From Gammaproteobacteria bacterium (lineage in GTDB: Bacteria > Pseudomonadota > Gammaproteobacteria > DSM-16500), in contig DATAXC010000022.1 in assembly GCA_036266895.1 (NCBI GenBank), positions 1 to 38,180 on the forward strand: DNA of 38,180 nucleotides, given 5' to 3'. Shown piece after piece: positions 33,838 through 38,180 of the stretch. A program made the translations under genes and the position numbers. The notes under the pieces were generated by a model that made no database searches, was not told the DNA's origin, and was given only the letters and a program-made list of their open reading frames with translations. Positions within the stretch are counted from its first letter, which is position 1; each line of letters starts with the position of its first letter.

Positions 33838-35100
33838 ATGTCAAATATTTTACAAGCCGTACAAACTTATCAATCTTCAGCTTTAGGTATCTTAGAAAAC
33901 TTATATTGCTTTATTAATACAGCCAATAAGCGTTTTAAAGACTTTAACACCATGACCCGTAACTTAGGTGACACCGTTACCTTTGATTTGCCACCTCGTA
34001 TGGTTGCGAACTTAGGCTCATTGGTTGTTTCTAACTTCGAAGCAGTTCAACAGCGCGTGCAAACATTGACCGTTGGTGGTGCTGATGCATTTGGTACTGT
34101 GCAAGCGGCAACAGTTCCTTTTGCATTCACAGCGCAAGAGTTGATCTTCAATATTGATAACAACGACTATCGAGAAAAATTAGAACTTGCAGCAATGAGT
34201 GAACTTGGTGCAGTTATTGAAGGTAATGTTGCAAAAACTATTCTTACTTCTCCTTATCGTTTTTATGGTGATGGTGTAACACCCATTAATTCATTTGGAC
34301 AGTTAGCACAAGGTTTAGCAAATTTCCGTGACTTCGGTTCTGTCAGTTACATGACGCGTGGTTATCTCTCGAATTTAGCAATTCCAGGTGTTGTAAATAG
34401 TGGTTTACAACAGTTCGCATTAAATCGTAATAACGAATTGGCTAATTCATGGGAATTAGGCGAATTTGATAATTGCGAATGGTATCAATCAAACCTTTTG
34501 CCAATTCAAAATGCTGGAAATATCGGCCAAAATGGTACGGTAGTCACTGTCGTTAGCATTGATTCGACCGGAACATTGTTAACTGTTAGTGGTGCAGGAA
34601 CAAGTGATGCGAATGCTATTAAAGCTAATGATTTGTTGCAGTTCCAAGATAATGTTAGTGGTCAAACTAACATTCGTTACTTAACCTTTACGGGTCACCA
34701 AGTTTCTGGCTCTCCAGTACAGGTTCGTGCAACTGCAAATGCAGCTTCTACTAGCGGTGGTCAAGTGACTATTTCTGTATATCCGCCATTGATTAGTACT
34801 CAAGGCGATCTCAATCAGAACATCAGCACGCAGATAACTTCTGGAATGCAATTAAAAGCATTACCGTCTCATAGAGCCGGAATGATCATCTCTGGTGATG
34901 CATTCTTCATCGGTATGCCTCAGTTACCAGATCAAGAACCATTCCCAACTGCTAATAAAGCAGACCAGGATAGTGGAGCTGCAATTCGCTTCACTTACGG
35001 TTCTACTTTCGGACAAAACCAAACCGGATTCATCTACGACGCAATTTGGGGTGCGACCATCGTGCCTGAGTATGCAATGCGCGTAGTGTTTCCATTGTAA
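33838..35100 (+). CDS. Major capsid protein (P22 coat-like)
   Basis: LGDTVTFDLPPR; I-domain-like beta insertion; C-term YDAIWG...PEYAMRV. Confidence 0.9.
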   Translation: MSNILQAVQTYQSSALGILENLYCFINTANKRFKDFNTMTRNLGDTVTFDLPPRMVANLGSLVVSNFEAVQQRVQTLTVGGADAFGTVQAATVPFAFTAQELIFNIDNNDYREKLELAAMSELGAVIEGNVAKTILTSPYRFYGDGVTPINSFGQLAQGLANFRDFGSVSYMTRGYLSNLAIPGVVNSGLQQFALNRNNELANSWELGEFDNCEWYQSNLLPIQNAGNIGQNGTVVTVVSIDSTGTLLTVSGAGTSDANAIKANDLLQFQDNVSGQTNIRYLTFTGHQVSGSPVQVRATANAASTSGGQVTISVYPPLISTQGDLNQNISTQITSGMQLKALPSHRAGMIISGDAFFIGMPQLPDQEPFPTANKADQDSGAAIRFTYGSTFGQNQTGFIYDAIWGATIVPEYAMRVVFPL

Positions 35101-35113
35101 GGTTGATTCGATA

Positions 35114-35815
35114 ATGTTAGCGGTCGAACTAATTACACGCGCTTTTTACCTTTCTGGGGTGGTATCGCGTAATTTAGAATCACTTCAAGCTGATGAACTT
35201 TATGACGGAGTAAATCTCCTGAATGATGTTTTATCAGAAGTTAATGTGACCGGCCGCTACGTTCCTTACTTTTCTTATATCGATATTAACTGCGTTGTTG
35301 GGCAAGAAATTTATTTCATCCCTAACGCAGTTGATATTTTTACCGCAACTTTCAACATCGGCCCTGTGCGCTACGAAATGTATCACGACGATCTGCGTCA
35401 TTATTTTGGTGCGCCACGTGTCGATAACATTAACGCTCTACCTTTTAACTGGTTCTGGGAACGTGTGAATGGTGGAATAAATGTCTATGTTTATTTTCTG
35501 CCTTCTTCCGATTCTTGGATATTAAAATTTAAATGCAAGATTGGTTTATCAAATGTTGTAGAAAACACTGATTTATCCTTAACTTATGACGATTTTTATC
35601 AATTATTCTTACGTTATAAGCTTGTTGATTACATTTGTGATTGGTATGGAATTACCATGCCTCCTCAAGTTGAAAGTAAATTAAAATCATTTGAAACAAT
35701 TTATGCCAATCTCAATGCTAACGATTATTCAATTAAAAAAGTTTCTACTTATTCTATTACTGACTCGCTTACCTATGCGCAAGCCAACCTTGGAAAAGGA
35801 TGGACAGCGCCATGA
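35114..35815 (+). CDS. Head-to-tail adaptor (P22 gp4-like)
   Basis: ELITRA..LSGV...DGVNLLNDVL...LRYKL...YG; follows coat. Confidence 0.75.
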   Translation: MLAVELITRAFYLSGVVSRNLESLQADELYDGVNLLNDVLSEVNVTGRYVPYFSYIDINCVVGQEIYFIPNAVDIFTATFNIGPVRYEMYHDDLRHYFGAPRVDNINALPFNWFWERVNGGINVYVYFLPSSDSWILKFKCKIGLSNVVENTDLSLTYDDFYQLFLRYKLVDYICDWYGITMPPQVESKLKSFETIYANLNANDYSIKKVSTYSITDSLTYAQANLGKGWTAP

Positions 35816-37329
35816 TGCAACAACAATCGCAAATGCCTTCACAAACATCACCCATGCCAGGAAGCAGGTTCGCTCAACTGGGCACGTCAGTTAATTTGCC
35901 ATTGGATATTGTGGGGGGAACGGCTTTTGGTCGATATCCAAAAATATCAAATGAATCGACCTATAACATGATCATATCCGATGGTTCATTGGTGCCATTT
36001 GCTGGATATGAGTTGGCACAAGAAATATCGAGTGGTGGACAAGGGCGCGAAGCCTATAACAGTGTGCTCGCTAATTTAATAATTGTAGTGATATCGAATG
36101 GTGTATTTACTGTTTCACCACAATTGGTGGTGCAAAAGGTCGGAGTACTAGAAACCTTTAATGGCAATGTTTACATTGCCGATAATCTCGCCAGTCAAAT
36201 CGCAATCGTCGATGGCTTAAATGTATATATTTATAATTATCTCAATTCAACATTTCAGACCATCACCGTCGATTTCGCCCCCGTTTATATTACTTATCAA
36301 GATACATTTTTTATTGCCGCCGATGGAAACACCAATCAGTGGAGATTATCTGATAATAACGATGGCACGGTGTGGCCTCCGGATGCACAGCATGTGGGCG
36401 AGCTACAATCAAAACCCTGTAGAACAGTCGCGACAGTTGCACTTGATCGTGTGCTTCTTGTCATGGGACAAACAGTAACGGAGCCTTGGTATGACGCCGG
36501 ACTACAACTTTTTCCGTATGCGCGTAATAACTATTATTGTATTGATTATGGCTGTGTTAGCACCCAAACCATTGCTAGCGGCTTTGGTATGGCAGTCTGG
36601 CTCGCATCAAATCAGCAATCCGGTCTTGCCATCATGGTATCTCAAGAGGGCGGTCCACCCACTCCCATTTCAACCGATGGCTTAGATTTTCAGTTTGCGC
36701 AATTAACTAATCCGCAAAATTCTTATGGAATGTTATTTAAGTTAGAAGGTCATATTTGTTACATGATTACCTTCACGACCGATAATTTAAGTTACCTGTA
36801 TGACTTTAATACTAATATGTTTTTCAGCGTCACTGATCAAAATTTAAATCATCACATCGCTAGACGCGTGGTTTACTTTAACGGTTCTAATTATTTCATC
36901 AGCTTCAATGATGGAAATCTCTACCGAATGGCGTCGACCATTACGGACTATAACGGCGCATCTATTCCCCGAATTCGTATCTGTAAAAATATCCGTTTCC
37001 CTGGCGGCGATAGATTCATCATTCAAAACGTCAATTTAACCATGGAAAGTGGGCAAATTCCCTGGGGTGCCATTCCTGATTCGGTGGCTGATGCGCCCAC
37101 TAATTCTGTGTCATTAGGTGCATTTCGTATCGATATGAACCTATCCACTGATGGCGGTGAACGCTGGGGTTATACCTGGTCAAAACAACTTAGAAATTTA
37201 GGTCAAAACAAAAATACTGTGAACTTTTGGAAGTTAGGCGGCGTGGAAAATGATCTCGTTTTTAAATTTAGATTTGTAAGTCAAGGTCGTTTCATCATCA
37301 ACGGGGGGACGATAAGTCTATATAAATGA
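35800..37329 (+). CDS. Tail hub / packaged DNA stabilisation protein (P22 gp10-like)
   Basis: VYIADN..QIAIVDG, TEPWYDAG, DYGC, LSTDGGERW...W..LG motifs. Confidence 0.85.
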   Translation: MDSAMMQQQSQMPSQTSPMPGSRFAQLGTSVNLPLDIVGGTAFGRYPKISNESTYNMIISDGSLVPFAGYELAQEISSGGQGREAYNSVLANLIIVVISNGVFTVSPQLVVQKVGVLETFNGNVYIADNLASQIAIVDGLNVYIYNYLNSTFQTITVDFAPVYITYQDTFFIAADGNTNQWRLSDNNDGTVWPPDAQHVGELQSKPCRTVATVALDRVLLVMGQTVTEPWYDAGLQLFPYARNNYYCIDYGCVSTQTIASGFGMAVWLASNQQSGLAIMVSQEGGPPTPISTDGLDFQFAQLTNPQNSYGMLFKLEGHICYMITFTTDNLSYLYDFNTNMFFSVTDQNLNHHIARRVVYFNGSNYFISFNDGNLYRMASTITDYNGASIPRIRICKNIRFPGGDRFIIQNVNLTMESGQIPWGAIPDSVADAPTNSVSLGAFRIDMNLSTDGGERWGYTWSKQLRNLGQNKNTVNFWKLGGVENDLVFKFRFVSQGRFIINGGTISLYK

Positions 37330-37595
37330 TTATTCCAATGTTACCTGCTCCTACAACTCCGATTGCACAAAAAGATGGCACGCCACATCCAGCCTGGCAT
37401 AACTATTTTCAGCAAATGACGCAATACATTTCTAACACAGTCTCTCCTGAAGGTTTAGCCGCGCCACCACAAAACACAGCAAATATAGCAACACTTAACA
37501 CACAACAAAGCGCAGGAAACATTATTTACAACACAGATACTGGTTTGTTCATGGCAAATCAAGCCGGAACATTTAAGACGATTACTACAAGTTAA
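37326..37595 (+). CDS. Short tail needle-position protein (gp26-like)
   Basis: P...PAWHNYFQQM motif; directly after gp10. Confidence 0.55.
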   Translation: MIIPMLPAPTTPIAQKDGTPHPAWHNYFQQMTQYISNTVSPEGLAAPPQNTANIATLNTQQSAGNIIYNTDTGLFMANQAGTFKTITTS

Positions 37596-37603
37596 GGTAA
37601 TTT

Positions 37604-38180
37604 ATGCAACAGCAATATGGGCTAGGTGGTAATTATAATCCTTATGGAATGGCAACCGGTGCGCTAGGTTCTATCGCAGGTGGAGTCGGTAGTTTATTCG
37701 CACAAAATCCTGCTAATGCATCTAGCCCTTACCTCAATCAATTAACTAATTCATTACAAGGTATTTATTCGCCTTGGATGGGTCAACAGGCACAGCAATC
37801 TCTAAATCCATATCTTCAAGGCGGACAATGGGCACAAGGAGGTTTGCAAAATGCAACTTCTAACATGATTAATAATCCAACCGGATTATTTAATCAGTGG
37901 GGTTCTACTTATCAATCATCACCTGGTTATAACTGGCAGGTAGGTCAAGCGGGAGAGGCTGCCAATAACGCAGCGGCCGCCGGTGGAATGGCAGGTTCTC
38001 AGGCCGAACAACAAAATATTGCAGGAACCGTCAATCAGTTAGCAAATCAGGATTATTGGCAATATATCAATAATGCTCAAAATTTATATGGTCAAGGTTA
38101 TCAAGGTTTACAAAATCAATATGGCATCGGGGCGCAAGCAGCTAACAACATGTATGGCGCAGGTGCTCAAGCCGCCAATC
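37604..38180 (+). CDS. DNA ejection protein (P22 gp7-like), 3'-truncated, not in ORF track
   Basis: Open frame from ATG 37604 to the window end; LNPYLQGG, YQSSPGYNWQ...NAAAAGGMAGS motifs. Confidence 0.75.
   Translation, partial: MQQQYGLGGNYNPYGMATGALGSIAGGVGSLFAQNPANASSPYLNQLTNSLQGIYSPWMGQQAQQSLNPYLQGGQWAQGGLQNATSNMINNPTGLFNQWGSTYQSSPGYNWQVGQAGEAANNAAAAGGMAGSQAEQQNIAGTVNQLANQDYWQYINNAQNLYGQGYQGLQNQYGIGAQAANNMYGAGAQAAN

Larger units (their letters stand above)
1..38180. mobile_element. P22-like podovirus genome, near complete, circularly permuted
   Basis: TerS-TerL-portal-scaffold-coat-gp4-gp10-needle-ejection synteny, plus lysis, immunity, replication and recombination modules; no host housekeeping genes; both edges fall inside Gln/Asn/Gly-rich ejection genes. 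Confidence 0.93.

Noticed and set aside
1-38180. Stop-codon reassignment to explain the many short ORFs
   Set aside because: Core genes are full length in code 11 and use TAA, TAG and TGA as stops; short ORFs have their own RBSs

Overview
The window is a nearly complete, circularly permuted genome of an AT-rich P22-like podophage. It starts inside one DNA-ejection gene and ends inside another. Gene order: ejection proteins (1-3033), tail/receptor-binding module (3030-9277), holin-like gene and T4-type endolysin (9283-10036), a long leftward early operon of small ORFs with an Xis-like HTH, RecE-like exonuclease and partner (10112-20410), a cI/cro/cII-like switch (20628-21655), replication initiator and loader (21684-22938), leftward accessory islands (23299-27154), small basic proteins, TerS and TerL (27300-30278), portal, scaffold, coat, gp4, gp10, needle-like and gp7-like genes (30220-38180). 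I see no integrase, ParA, Q antiterminator, spanin, tRNA or CRISPR array. The most notable signals are: (1) one 15-bp palindromic operator, T(A/T)AACR-N3-YGT(T/G)(T/A)A, at seven essentially intergenic sites including late-gene promoters; (2) a 14/16 match to the Pseudomonas-type chromosomal parS next to one of these operators, in a phage with no integrase; (3) repeated GGGUUAA-loop hairpins in the scaffold leader; (4) a divergent Acb2/Tad1-like protein; (5) a second operator family controlling the accessory islands; (6) Lys/Met-rich microproteins around the terminase genes. All family calls come from motif recognition and synteny, not database searches. A Legionellales-like host is only an inference.
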